A program made the position numbers and the translations under genes. The notes under the pieces were generated by a model. That model was given only the letters and a program-made list of their open reading frames with translations. It was not told where the DNA came from and ran no database searches. A stretch of 64,000 nucleotides of DNA from an uncultured Gemmatimonadales bacterium. Lineage in GTDB: Bacteria > Gemmatimonadota > Gemmatimonadetes > Longimicrobiales > RSA9. Of this stretch, positions 20,009 to 30,308 are shown in pieces; within the stretch, counting starts at the first letter, position 1, and every line of letters begins with the position of its first letter. Where the stretch lies: the NCBI GenBank assembly GCA_963798085.1, contig CAWCRS010000008.1:64001-128000 (forward strand), given 5' to 3'.

Positions 20009-20914
20009 CTACTGGCACGTCAAATGGCCGTGCGGCAGCGCCAGCGTGCAGTTCTTCGTCACGCCATCCTGCGTGATCACGACCTGCGCCGTGGCCGAGC
20101 CGTCGTAGGTGACCACCTCGCGCCGGCTCGAGCTCTTCGGCGACTGCCCCGCGTACGTGAGCGTGGCCTGCATGGCACGGATCACGGTGCCGGCAATGGG
20201 ATACGTGTGCATGCCCGGCTGTACCGGGATCACCACGTTCTTCGTCGTGTCGCCCATGATGCGCACCGCGGTGAACGCGCCCTGATCATTCGTGCCGCTG
20301 GTCGTTTCCGTGCCCGCCAATGTGCCGTTGATCGTGCGCTGCGTGCTGCCCGCCACCAGACCGGACACGGTGCGATCACTGGTGTGCTGCACCGTGCTCG
20401 TGCTGCTGTCATGGCGAGTGGCCGTGCCGCTCACGTCAATGCGCGTGTTGATCGTGTTGGTGGTGAGACTGTCGAACGCGGACTGCGCATGGCCATTGGC
20501 GTCCGTATACGCAGCCGAGCGCGTGATGGTGAGGCCGTGAATCGTCACCGGGTCGCACGCCACACGGCCGGACGCGGCGTTGTACGGGCAATTGTTCGAG
20601 AGGTGGTCGTCGTCACCGAAGCGGCCGTGATGGAAGCCCGGACCGAAGCCATCGCCCAGGAAAAGGCCGCCCATGCCGCCACCCATCAGGAAGCCTTCGC
20701 CATGGCCGGGCCCTCGCCCGCGCGGCATCCATGCCAGCAGGCCACCATCGGGGCCGCCGGAGAAACTGTTCAGCGTGTTGTTGTAGCCGAGGAGCACTGA
20801 ATTGAACGCTTCGGAAAACGCCGCCGTCGGCTCGAGTCCTGTGGGCGTCTCATTGCAGGCCACTGCGGCCAGCACGACAGCAGCCGCGAGCAGGCGATAG
20901 GGCGTGCAATGCAT
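20009..20914 (-). CDS. Hypothetical lipoprotein (Gly/His-rich linker, Thr-rich beta region)
   Basis: RBS GGAGG, lipobox AVAC, Cys pairs at both ends of a beta-rich domain. Confidence 0.78.
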   Translation of the reverse strand: MHCTPYRLLAAAVVLAAVACNETPTGLEPTAAFSEAFNSVLLGYNNTLNSFSGGPDGGLLAWMPRGRGPGHGEGFLMGGGMGGLFLGDGFGPGFHHGRFGDDDHLSNNCPYNAASGRVACDPVTIHGLTITRSAAYTDANGHAQSAFDSLTTNTINTRIDVSGTATRHDSSTSTVQHTSDRTVSGLVAGSTQRTINGTLAGTETTSGTNDQGAFTAVRIMGDTTKNVVIPVQPGMHTYPIAGTVIRAMQATLTYAGQSPKSSSRREVVTYDGSATAQVVITQDGVTKNCTLALPHGHLTCQ

Positions 20915-20984
20915 CAGGCGACCTCCTGGCAGAGCCGCCCACGCGCACTCGAACCGCTCGAGTGGGTGGCGGCTTCAGCAGGAA

Positions 20985-21009
20985 GGACACGTCAGCGCCG
21001 GCGGTACCC
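20985..21009 (-). promoter_or_regulatory. Candidate ECF sigma promoter GGGTA-N10-TGACGTGTCC
   Basis: Same two boxes and spacing as 21681-21705; lies upstream of the 20914 gene. Confidence 0.65.
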
Positions 21010-21016
21010 TGACGCG

Positions 21017-21568
21017 TTACAGGTCGTCAATGTGGGGAAGCCACGGCGCCAGCCGTTCCCGCACCAGGCGGAGCGCCTTGCCCATCTGCGCTTCTACGGT
21101 CTTCACCGAGATTTCCAGCGTTGTCGCGATCTCCGCGTACTTGAGTCCGTGCACACGACTGAGTTCGAAGACCTCGCGACAGCGCGCAGGCAGTTCGCGC
21201 ACGGCGCCACGCAGTGCTTCCTGGATCTCCTGCTGCACAATGCGCGCGTCCGCCGCGGCCGGCACGTGCGCATCCGGGCCCGCGTGCGGCTCCGCGCGCC
21301 GCGCCACTTTCTCGTGACGGATGTGGTTCAGAGCGCGATTGCGCGTCGCGCGAAAGAGGTAGGCCCGCAGTGATGTTTCGATGGCGACCGTTTCCCGGCG
21401 CCGCCACAGCTCGAGCATCACATCCTGCACGACCTCCTCCGCCGCCGCGGAATCGCGCAGCATGGCGCCGGCCACACCAACCAGGTGTGCGTAGTGCGAA
21501 CGGAAGATGGAGTCGAAGGCGGCCTCACTGCCCGCGCGCAGCTGATCCAGCAATTCCCGTTCGGTCAA
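21017..21568 (-). CDS. ECF RNA polymerase sigma-70 factor (FecI-like)
   Basis: AEEVVQDVMLELW, YLFRATRNRALNHIR, LKYAEIATTLEISVKTVEAQMGKAL; TTG start inferred. Confidence 0.92.
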   Translation of the reverse strand: MTERELLDQLRAGSEAAFDSIFRSHYAHLVGVAGAMLRDSAAAEEVVQDVMLELWRRRETVAIETSLRAYLFRATRNRALNHIRHEKVARRAEPHAGPDAHVPAAADARIVQQEIQEALRGAVRELPARCREVFELSRVHGLKYAEIATTLEISVKTVEAQMGKALRLVRERLAPWLPHIDDL

Positions 21569-21680
21569 TTGCGCGCAGCGTCCGTCGGCAGGGCGAACCG
21601 GGGGCGAGGGTCGCGAAATGCTGCTCGAAGCGCGAAGTTTACCCCGGTGCCTGCCGCCCGACAATCCTTTGCACGCATAG

Positions 21681-21705
21681 GGGTATGCAACGGCGTGACG
21701 TGTCC
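21681..21705 (+). promoter_or_regulatory. Candidate ECF sigma promoter GGGTA-N10-TGACGTGTCC
   Basis: Immediately before the fecR-like ATG (21708); duplicated at 20985-21009 on the minus strand. Confidence 0.65.
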
Positions 21706-21707
21706 AC

Positions 21708-22787
21708 ATGGGCATGACGAACGATCCGTCGGCATCCATGGTCCCCGAGGGGGACGAGCGCTGGGAGGCGCTGGCGCGCTATCTCGCGGGCGAAGCACCG
21801 CCCGACGAAGCGCGTGCGCTGGAACAGTGGCTCGCACAGGAGCCGCAGCGCCGCGCACTGCTCAATGCCGTGGCCCGCTCGCTCCAGGCTGTCACGTTCG
21901 AGACACCTGCGGACCTCGACGTGGAGGCCGCTCTGGCAAGCGTACGCACCCGCATGCACGAGCCGCAGGTTCTGCCCTTCGAGCGCCCGGCGCTCTCGCC
22001 GGAACGGCGGGTTTCACGCTGGAGTACCATTGGACTGCGCGTGGCGGCGGCCATCCTGGTGGTTCTGGGTGGCAACATGCTCTGGCACGCACAATGGCGG
22101 CGCCCGGGCGTCGGACCAATGGCCCGCTCGATCGAGTCCACCATTGGCCATACGGATACAATCCCGCTGCCTGACGGCAGCCGCGTGCTGCTCTCGCCCG
22201 CCAGCCGGCTGCGCATTGCGGCAGGCTACGGCGAGAAGGGGCGCGAGGTTACGCTGGAAGGGGAAGCACTGTTCGAGGTGGTGCACCGTGCGGACCTGCC
22301 CTTCCTGGTGCATGCGGGTCCGGCGACCATCCGCGACCTTGGCACGACGTTCGCCGTGCGGGTTAACGAGCAGAGCGGCGTACGCGTCAGTGTTACTGCG
22401 GGATCGGTCAGGCTGCAGGCCAAGGCGCAGCCGGCCGACAGCGGCGTGATGCTGGCCGCGGGTGACCGCGGCATTCTGCGCCCCGACGGACGCGCGGAAG
22501 CGCAGCGCAGCGGGGTGAAGCCGGAGGACCTGGCCTGGACGCGCGGCCAGCTGATCTACGACAATGCGCCGCTCGAGCAGGTCGTCGATGATGTACGCCG
22601 CTGGTACGGTGTGCAGCTGCGCTTCAGGGGTGCGGCATTCGAGGGCCGCCACCTGACGACGAACCTGACGGGAGAAACGGTACAGGAAGTGCTGAACGTG
22701 ATCGCGCTGTCCCTGGGCGGCCGCATCGAGAGAAAGGGTGATACGGCGATCGTGAGTCTGAAGGAATCGGGAGCCGGTATACAATGA
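21708..22787 (+). CDS. FecR family anti-sigma/signal transducer
   Basis: LARYLAGE..WL, single TM, LPDGSRVLL, LEGEALFEV, DLGTTFAV, AWTRGQL. Confidence 0.93.
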   Translation: MGMTNDPSASMVPEGDERWEALARYLAGEAPPDEARALEQWLAQEPQRRALLNAVARSLQAVTFETPADLDVEAALASVRTRMHEPQVLPFERPALSPERRVSRWSTIGLRVAAAILVVLGGNMLWHAQWRRPGVGPMARSIESTIGHTDTIPLPDGSRVLLSPASRLRIAAGYGEKGREVTLEGEALFEVVHRADLPFLVHAGPATIRDLGTTFAVRVNEQSGVRVSVTAGSVRLQAKAQPADSGVMLAAGDRGILRPDGRAEAQRSGVKPEDLAWTRGQLIYDNAPLEQVVDDVRRWYGVQLRFRGAAFEGRHLTTNLTGETVQEVLNVIALSLGGRIERKGDTAIVSLKESGAGIQ

Positions 22788-25402
22788 GGCGCCGCGGCGC
22801 CGCGTGGACGACGTGCACGGCGTTGTGCGTCGTCGTCGCTAACGCCGTGTTGTGCTCGCCCGCCGCGGCGCAGGACTGCCCAGCGCCGCGGCTGGTGACC
22901 GCGCACGCCTGGGCGCCACCGCTGGGCCGGCGCATCACCGTGCACGAAGGCCGGCTGTCACTGCACGATGCGCTGGAACGGGTGGCCCTGGCCGCCGGTC
23001 TACGCATCTCCTACAGCGCGGAAGGCCTGCCGCTCAGCCGCAGTACCTGCATGTCCTACGACACGGCGGCCGCCGGCGACATCTTCACCGACCTGCTGCG
23101 CGGCACGTCCGTCGTGCCGGTTGCGGTGGCTGCCGATCACGTGGTGCTGGCGCCGGTGGGCACGCGCACGGACGAAGATCCGACGCCGCGCATGGCCGCG
23201 AACAGCACACCGCAGGTCTATCCGCTCGATCCCGTGACGGTGCGCGCCAATGCCATGGTGGTGGCGCCGGAACCCGCGGGCGTGGCGCGCAATGTGATCG
23301 AAGGCAGTCAGCTGGACCAGCCTTTCACCAGCTCCCTGACGCAGGCCTTCAACAGCACGGTGCCCGGTCTCTGGGTCTGGGATCAGTCCGCATCCAGCGT
23401 GATCGCGCGCTACGGCAGCATGCGCGGCGCCAGTTCCTTCGGCATGAGCGCGCCCAAGATCTACATCAATGGCATCGAGGTCGCTAATCCACTGCTGCTC
23501 ACTCGCCTTTCGCCTGATGCCATCGATCGGGTGGAAGTGATTCGCGGCCCCGAGGGCGGTGCGCTATACGGCGCCGATGCCATCAATGGTGTGACCAACA
23601 TCATTACCGGCTTCGGCACAATCACGCCGGGCGCGCCGCGTACGCGCGTGCGCAGCGTCATGGGCCTGGCCAGCAGCGAGTTTGCCAGTGCCTCGCTGGC
23701 GCAGGACCACACGGTCAGCCTGCGTGCCGGCACGAATGCACGCTCGGCGGGTCTGGATCTGGCCCTGGGCAGTGTGGGCCAGTTCATGCCCGGCGGCTGG
23801 ACGCGTCACGCCACCCTGGACGGCTCCGGCCGGCTCGTCGGCACACGCACCGTCGTGACCGGGACGCTGCGCTATTTCGCACAGCAGGCCGGCACCTCCA
23901 CGAGCCCGCTGCTCACGGACGTGCTCGCGGCGCGCCCCGTCGGCCCCTCGCCAGCCCTGAGCGCGGCCGCTAACAGCAGCACACTCAATGTGCGCGAGTA
24001 CACGGCCGGCGTACGCGCTTCATTCGCGGGCGGCGCCCACTGGACACATGCCCTGGTTCTGGGTGTCGATGGCTACACGCTGGATGGCGTCGCGGACCGC
24101 GCCATGGCGCTGCTGTCGCCCTCCGACTCCGCACTGCTCGCGGCCGGCTCGAGCGCGCTGCGCGGCACGTTCCGCCTGACCAGTACGGGCCGCTTCAATG
24201 CGGGCCGCGACGTGGCGGGCGCGCTCACGCTCACACTCGATCACTCCACACTGCGCCAGCAGGGCGGTGTGCAGGCGTTCGAGCCGGGTGGCTCAACCGG
24301 CTGGACCATGAGCAACCGGCCCATGACGCCGCGCATGGATGAGCAGCTGGGCGGCAAGCCGGGCGCGAGGGCCGTTGACGAACACAAATACGATGCGACG
24401 TCGATCGCCGCCGGCGAGGATGCGGTCAACCTGGTGCGCAGCAACACGGGCATCAGCGCGCAGCTCAATACCGAGTGGCGCAATCGCCTGCTGCTGACCA
24501 GCGGTGTGCGACTGGAGCGCGAGATGGCGGGCCTGCAGGACAGCTATGCCTCGCTGCCCATGGTGGGAGCGACCTGGCTCGCGGCACAGGGACCGGTTTC
24601 GCTGAAGCTGCGCGCCGCGTGGGGCAGAGGCGTGCGCTGGAGTGACACGCCCATCCGCGCCGGCGGCTGGAACGATGTGCACGAAGAGCTGGCGCGCTTC
24701 GCGCTCACGCCCGAGCAGCAGGCAGGCGTGGAAGCAGGCTTCGATCTGAGCGTGGCCCAAACACTGAGTTTGGGAGTGACGCGCTTCGATCAGCTGGCTA
24801 CGGGTCTCACCCAGCGGGTGGCCGTGGCCGTGGCCGCAGACGCCAGTGTACTGCCCGGCGGCACGCGCTCCATGACGCACGAGCTGCAGAACGTGGGTGA
24901 GATCGCCAACCGGGGCTGGGAGCTGCAGGGCCGCGTGACGCGCCGCAGCGTGTCGCTGGCGGGCACGCTCTCGCTGGTGGACAGCCGCGTGCGCCGACTG
25001 GCAACGGGGTACAGTGGCGACCTGCAGGCCGGTGACCGCATGCTGGCCGTGCCGGCACGCACCATGAGTCTCACCGCCGCGTGGTCGCACGCCCGTTGGA
25101 CTACGGCGCTCACCGCCTATCGCGCGGCCGACTGGGTCAACTATGACCGCGTGAGTCTGGCGAGAAACTTCATTGGCGGCGGGGCGCCACTCGATCAGCT
25201 GACCGGTGCCGAGCTGCGCTCCTACTGGCTCGACTACCCGGGCATCACACACCTGCGCTTCGGTCTGGCGCGCGACATCCGCAGCGGCCTGACACTGCTG
25301 TTTTCCGGCGACAATCTGTTGAATCAGCAGGTGGGTGAGCCCGACAACATCACGGTGCTGCCGGGCCGAACCGTGTCCGTCGGGATTCGCGCCCGCTTCT
25401 GA
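22784..25402 (+). CDS. TonB-dependent receptor with N-terminal signalling extension
   Basis: ATGA overlap with fecR; plug IYINGI..IDRVEVIRGPEGGALYGADAINGVTNIIT; NVGEIANRGWE; C-terminal Phe. Confidence 0.9.
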   Translation: MRRRGAAWTTCTALCVVVANAVLCSPAAAQDCPAPRLVTAHAWAPPLGRRITVHEGRLSLHDALERVALAAGLRISYSAEGLPLSRSTCMSYDTAAAGDIFTDLLRGTSVVPVAVAADHVVLAPVGTRTDEDPTPRMAANSTPQVYPLDPVTVRANAMVVAPEPAGVARNVIEGSQLDQPFTSSLTQAFNSTVPGLWVWDQSASSVIARYGSMRGASSFGMSAPKIYINGIEVANPLLLTRLSPDAIDRVEVIRGPEGGALYGADAINGVTNIITGFGTITPGAPRTRVRSVMGLASSEFASASLAQDHTVSLRAGTNARSAGLDLALGSVGQFMPGGWTRHATLDGSGRLVGTRTVVTGTLRYFAQQAGTSTSPLLTDVLAARPVGPSPALSAAANSSTLNVREYTAGVRASFAGGAHWTHALVLGVDGYTLDGVADRAMALLSPSDSALLAAGSSALRGTFRLTSTGRFNAGRDVAGALTLTLDHSTLRQQGGVQAFEPGGSTGWTMSNRPMTPRMDEQLGGKPGARAVDEHKYDATSIAAGEDAVNLVRSNTGISAQLNTEWRNRLLLTSGVRLEREMAGLQDSYASLPMVGATWLAAQGPVSLKLRAAWGRGVRWSDTPIRAGGWNDVHEELARFALTPEQQAGVEAGFDLSVAQTLSLGVTRFDQLATGLTQRVAVAVAADASVLPGGTRSMTHELQNVGEIANRGWELQGRVTRRSVSLAGTLSLVDSRVRRLATGYSGDLQAGDRMLAVPARTMSLTAAWSHARWTTALTAYRAADWVNYDRVSLARNFIGGGAPLDQLTGAELRSYWLDYPGITHLRFGLARDIRSGLTLLFSGDNLLNQQVGEPDNITVLPGRTVSVGIRARF

Positions 25403-25633
25403 GCGTACGCAGCGCGGATTGCAGGCGACGACACCGCTTCGCCCGCTCACCGTTTCTTCGACGTTATCCCGATTCTGCCTTTCCGATCCGGTGCCGCGGC
25501 CGTACCCTGTAGTCAGCCAGGCCCTTCCATTGTACCGCGAAGCCAGCCGGGCCATGTCACGTAAGAGAGTTGTGTCTCGCACCGCCTCCCCGTGCAGAGA
25601 ATCACGGCGGCGAGGCCGCGCGCTGGATGGGAG

Positions 25634-26248
25634 ATGCTGATGAACGCGCTCTACTGGTTCGCATTGATCGTGGGCGTGGGCATGTACGGCTTCTCACTCG
25701 CCGCGGACTTCCTGGGCCACACGGACATTGACACGCACGCGGACGCCGAGATGCATCACGGCGGGGCGGAGGACAAGGGTGGCGGGAGTTTTCGCATCCT
25801 CTCCATCCGCAACATGACGTACTTCCTGTTTGCATTCGGCGTTACAGGGGTACTGCTATCCTGGCTCTGGGGCGGCAGTCGCGGTCTGCTGACGGCTGTG
25901 CTCGCGACGACGCTGGGCGCCACCGGCGGCGCGATCAGCTCACTGGCCTTCGGCTGGATACGGCGGACCGAGGCGGGCGTCCTGCCGGGCGATCACGGCT
26001 GGGTCGGACTCACGGGCCTCGTGCTGCTGCCACTTTCGAGCGACAGCACCGGCAAGATCGTCGTCGCACGCGGCGGCCGCGAACACGAGCTGCTGGCGCG
26101 ACCGTTCGATCCTCGCGCCGAGCGGCCCGACAGCTGGGCCAGCGTCATGGTGATCGAGATGCAGCAGGGCGTAGCGCTCGTGGCGCCGCTGGACCGGGCA
26201 ATGGATAACCCGGAAATGGCTCGAATAGCCCCGACATCGGAGTCCTGA
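25634..26248 (+). CDS. NfeD-like membrane protein
   Basis: TM helices with a His/Asp-rich loop, C-terminal OB-like GLVLLPL..GKI; directly upstream of flotillin. Confidence 0.8.
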   Translation: MLMNALYWFALIVGVGMYGFSLAADFLGHTDIDTHADAEMHHGGAEDKGGGSFRILSIRNMTYFLFAFGVTGVLLSWLWGGSRGLLTAVLATTLGATGGAISSLAFGWIRRTEAGVLPGDHGWVGLTGLVLLPLSSDSTGKIVVARGGREHELLARPFDPRAERPDSWASVMVIEMQQGVALVAPLDRAMDNPEMARIAPTSES

Positions 26249-26250
26249 CC

Positions 26251-27736
26251 ATGGAGAACATCTTCGCGCAGGTGGGCGTCATCGCGGGCCTCGTCGTGCT
26301 CGCACTGCTGCTCCTGGCCGTCATGACGATCAGCCGGCTGATCGTCATCGTGCCGCCCAACATGGCGGCGATCATCACGGGCCGGAAACGTGAAGTCGAC
26401 GAGGGTGGCGTCGTCGGTTTCCGCACCGTCATGGGCGGACGCACGCTGCGCCTGCCCGTCATCGAGCGCGTGAACTGGCTCACGCTCTCCACGATTCCGC
26501 TCGAGTTGTCCGTCGAGGACGCGTACTCGCGCGGCAACGTGCCGCTCACGGTCAAGGCGGTCGCCAACGTGAAGATCGCGTCCGCGCCGGAAGTCGTCTT
26601 CAACAACGCGGTCGAGCGGCTGCTGGGCAAGAACATCGCGCAGATCGAGCAGCTGGCGCGTGAAACGCTGACCGGCAACCTGCGCGGCGTGCTGGCCAAG
26701 CTGACACCCGAGGAAGTGAACGAAGATCGCCTGGGTTTCGCCAAGCACCTTTCGGAAGAAGCGGATCACGACCTGAAGAAGCTGGGACTGCAGCTCGATG
26801 TCCTGAAGATCCAGCACGTGATGGATCGTGTGGGCTATCTCCAGTCGATCGGTGAGAAGCGCACCGCCGAGGCATTGCGCGATGCGGAAATCGCCAAGGC
26901 CTCCGCCATTGCGGAGACGCGCACCAAGCAGGCGGAGTCGAAGAAGATCTCGGAAGTGGCGGTCGCCGACAACGAATCCGAGATCAAGCAGCGCCAGGCG
27001 GCCGCGAGGCAGCTCGCGGAAATCGCCGAGGCTGAAGCGGACGCAGCCATCAAGCAGCAGCAGGCAAACGCGCGGCAGCTGGCCGAGGTTGCGGCCGCAC
27101 ACGCGGATGTGACCATCTCCGGAAGCGCGCAATCTGCTGCGTGTGCGACAGGCCGAGCTGGGCCGCGAAGCGGAAACCGCCGAGCGCGTTGCCAAGGTAT
27201 CCGCGCTCAAAGCGGAGACCGAAGCGCAGACGGAGCTGGAATCACGGCGAGTAGAGCGCGAGAAGACTCGCCTGCAGGCAGACATTGTGCAGCCCGCCGA
27301 GGCCCAGCGCATCGCCGCCGAAGCGCAGGCCAAGGCACTGGCCGCGCCCATCTTCGAGAAGGGTCGCGCGCAGGCCGAAGTGCTGCGCATGCTCTACGCG
27401 GAGATCCAGAAGGCCGGCGATACGGGACTGCAGGTCTTCCTCGCGGAAAAACTGCCGGCCATGCTCGGCATCACCGTGGACGCGATGAAGGACGTGCAGA
27501 TTCAGCGGCTCACTGTGATCGACAGCGGCGGCGGCAAGGGTGTCGCCAACGCCGCCACGCAACGCGTCAACGCTTCCATTGCCGCACTCGAGCAGGTCGC
27601 CGGCGCCATGGGTCTCGATCTCGACCGCTTCCTGAAGCGCATCACGGGCGGACACGAGTTCGATGGCGCGGATGCGCCAACGGCGCGCGTGATCGATGCG
27701 GTGCCACCCGTGCCGGATCGTGTGAAGAAGGGCTGA
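26251..27736 (+). CDS. Flotillin/SPFH domain protein; single-base frameshift near 27120
   Basis: SPFH (GGRTLRLPVIE, ETLTGNLRGVLAKLTPEEVNEDR); AE-rich coiled coil continues in ORF 27143..27736. Confidence 0.9.
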
Positions 27737-27902
27737 ACCGCGCTCCGTCCTGGCGCAGCAGCAGCTTCGGATCGAGCGCACTCGCACGGCGGGCGGGCGA
27801 CCACGCGGCCACAGCGCGAGGTTGAACGCCGATGGCTGTTGAATGCCCATCTCACCGGGCAGTGCGCTCGCACCCGCACATTCCCATTGAAGGAGGGCTC
27901 CA

Positions 27903-29567
27903 ATGGCAGGCAGAGCAGGGGCCGCGTGGGTCACGCTGGCATTCGCGGCATTGGCCGCGTGTGGTGAGCGACCCGCGGCGTCGGGTGATGCGGCGCGGGC
28001 AGAGGAGCAGATGGCGCTGATGGATGGGCTGGGCGACCTGCACCACGCAATTACGACGCGCGCACCCCGTGCGCAGCAGTTCTTCGATCAGGGACTGCGG
28101 CTGGACTATGCGTTCAATCATGCGGAAGCGATCCGCTCGTTCCGCGCGGCGCAGAGTCTCAATGCGGAGTGCGCCATGTGCTTCTGGGGAGAAGCGCTGG
28201 CCTGGGGCCCCAACATCAATCTGCCCATGGACTCGGCGTCCGCGGCGGCGGCGTTCACGGCGATTACCAGGGCGAAGCAGCTGGCAGGCAGCGCCAGTGA
28301 GAAGGAGCGCGCGTACATTAATGCGCTGGCGTGGCGCTATTCACCCGTGCCTGCCGCCGACCGTGCCGCGCTGGACACTGCCTACGCGCGCGCCATGCAC
28401 GATCTGACACAGCGTTATCCCGAGGATGATGATGCCGCCGTGCTCTGGGCCGAATCGGAGATGGATCTGAGTCCCTGGGACTACTGGGTGGACAACCAGC
28501 ACGCGAAGCCGAACATGCAGGCGGCGATCGCCGCGCTGGAGACGATCATGGCGCGGTCGCCGGATCATCCGGGTGCGTGCCATTTCTACATTCACGCGGT
28601 GGAGAAGACGCAGCCGGAGAAGGCCGTGCCCTGTGCCGAGAAGCTGCCCTCACTGATGCCGGCGGCCGGGCACATCGTACACATGCCGGCGCACGTGTAC
28701 ATCCGCGTAGGCCGCTACGCAGAAGCGGTGGAGCGCAACGTGCACGCCACGCACGCCGACGAAGCCATCATGAAGGACATGGCGCCGGACGGCATTTACC
28801 GCGTTGGCTACTATCCGCACAACTACCACTTCCTCGCCTTTGCGGCGGGCATGGCGGGCATGAGCGAGCAGGCCATCAGTGCGGCGCAGCACACGACGCA
28901 GGCGGTGGACACGTCGCTCATGCGCAGGCCGGAGATGACGACGCTGCAGCAGTATCGTGCGGTGCCCTACTGGATGCTGGTGCGCTTCGGACGCTGGCAG
29001 GATGTACTGGCGCAGCCCGCGCCGGCCGCGGATCTGGCATACGTGGGCGCCCTCTACCACTACGCGCGGGCCGTGGCGCTGGCGCGCACGGGTCGCGTTC
29101 CCGATGCGGAGGCGGAGCTGCGGCAGCTGCGCACGGCGAAGGCGGACAGCTCGATCCGCGGCGTGCGCGTGTGGGGCATCAACGAAATGAACGCACTGCT
29201 GGAGATTGCGGACAACGTTGCGGCCGGCGAGATCGCGGCCGCGCGCAAGGACACGCCGGAGGCGATCGCGCGACTGCGTGTCGCGGTGCAGCAGGAGGAT
29301 GCGCTCACCTACGATGAGCCGCCTACGTGGATGAATCCGGTGCGCCCGGACCTGGGCGCCGTGCTGCTCGCGGCGGGCCGTGCGGCGGATGCCGAGAAGG
29401 TCTATCGCGAAGACCTGGACAAGTTCGCCGAGAATGGCTGGTCTCTGTTCGGGCTGGCCCAGGCGCTGGAGGCGCAGGGAAAGAAGGCGGAAGCGGCCGC
29501 CGTGCGCGAGCGCTTCACGAAGGCGTGGTCGAAGAGCGACGTGACACTGACGTCATCACGCTTCTGA
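27903..29567 (+). CDS. TPR-repeat lipoprotein
   Basis: Lipobox LAAC; FFDQGL..FNHAEA, HPGACHFYIHAVE, GHIVHMPAHVY, NGWSLFGL. Confidence 0.85.
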   Translation: MAGRAGAAWVTLAFAALAACGERPAASGDAARAEEQMALMDGLGDLHHAITTRAPRAQQFFDQGLRLDYAFNHAEAIRSFRAAQSLNAECAMCFWGEALAWGPNINLPMDSASAAAAFTAITRAKQLAGSASEKERAYINALAWRYSPVPAADRAALDTAYARAMHDLTQRYPEDDDAAVLWAESEMDLSPWDYWVDNQHAKPNMQAAIAALETIMARSPDHPGACHFYIHAVEKTQPEKAVPCAEKLPSLMPAAGHIVHMPAHVYIRVGRYAEAVERNVHATHADEAIMKDMAPDGIYRVGYYPHNYHFLAFAAGMAGMSEQAISAAQHTTQAVDTSLMRRPEMTTLQQYRAVPYWMLVRFGRWQDVLAQPAPAADLAYVGALYHYARAVALARTGRVPDAEAELRQLRTAKADSSIRGVRVWGINEMNALLEIADNVAAGEIAAARKDTPEAIARLRVAVQQEDALTYDEPPTWMNPVRPDLGAVLLAAGRAADAEKVYREDLDKFAENGWSLFGLAQALEAQGKKAEAAAVRERFTKAWSKSDVTLTSSRF

Positions 29568-30308
29568 GACGCTTTCGCCGGCCATGGCGCGCGCCAGCGT
29601 GAGTGCATTGATCCGGGCGCGCGCCCAGCGGCCGGCAACGCGGCCCTGTTGCAGGACCACGAAGTCGTGGCCGGCGCGAAACGCCTGCGCCGGGTTGTGC
29701 GTCACCAGCAGCACGGCCACGCCCTGCCGCGCGGTCGCTTCAATGACTTCGAGCACGCGCTCCGCCTGGCGCACGCCCAATGCCGCGGTGGGCTCATCGA
29801 GGATCAGCACGCGCGCGCCGGCGTGCACGGCCCTGGCCATGGCCAGCGCCTGACGCTGTCCGCCGGACAGGCTGCCCACCGACTGGGACACATCGCGTAT
29901 CTCGATGCCCAGCCGGGCGAGGGCCTGCAGCGTGAGGGCGCGGGCGCCCCGCACATCCAGGCGGCGCAGCGGCCCGCGGCCGTGTGTCGGCTCGCGCCCC
30001 AACACGAAATTACGCCACACGCTGAGGAGCGGCGCCAGCGCCAGGTCCTGGTGGACGGTCGCCAGGCCCAGCGCCTGCGCCTCGCGCGGCGAACGCAGAC
30101 GGACATCGTCGCCTGCAATGCGCAGCACACCCGCCGCGGGCTCGACCACGCCGGAGAGGATGCGGATGAGCGTGGACTTGCCGGCGCCGTTCTCGCCCAG
30201 CAGGCAGGTCACGCGGCCGGCGTGCAGCTCGAGCGACACGTCCTCGAGCACGACGGCACTGCCATAACGCATGGTTAGGCGCTCGACAGCTACCAGCGGC
30301 GTGTCCAT
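29556..30308 (-). CDS. Sugar ABC transporter ATP-binding protein
   Basis: GENGAGKST, LSGGQRQ, ILDEPTAALG; start overlaps the permease stop. Confidence 0.92.
   Translation of the reverse strand: MDTPLVAVERLTMRYGSAVVLEDVSLELHAGRVTCLLGENGAGKSTLIRILSGVVEPAAGVLRIAGDDVRLRSPREAQALGLATVHQDLALAPLLSVWRNFVLGREPTHGRGPLRRLDVRGARALTLQALARLGIEIRDVSQSVGSLSGGQRQALAMARAVHAGARVLILDEPTAALGVRQAERVLEVIEATARQGVAVLLVTHNPAQAFRAGHDFVVLQQGRVAGRWARARINALTLARAMAGESVSEA

Noticed and set aside
27100..27145. Programmed ribosomal frameshift in flotillin
   Set aside because: No slippery heptamer; same single-base insertion pattern as many unrelated genes here
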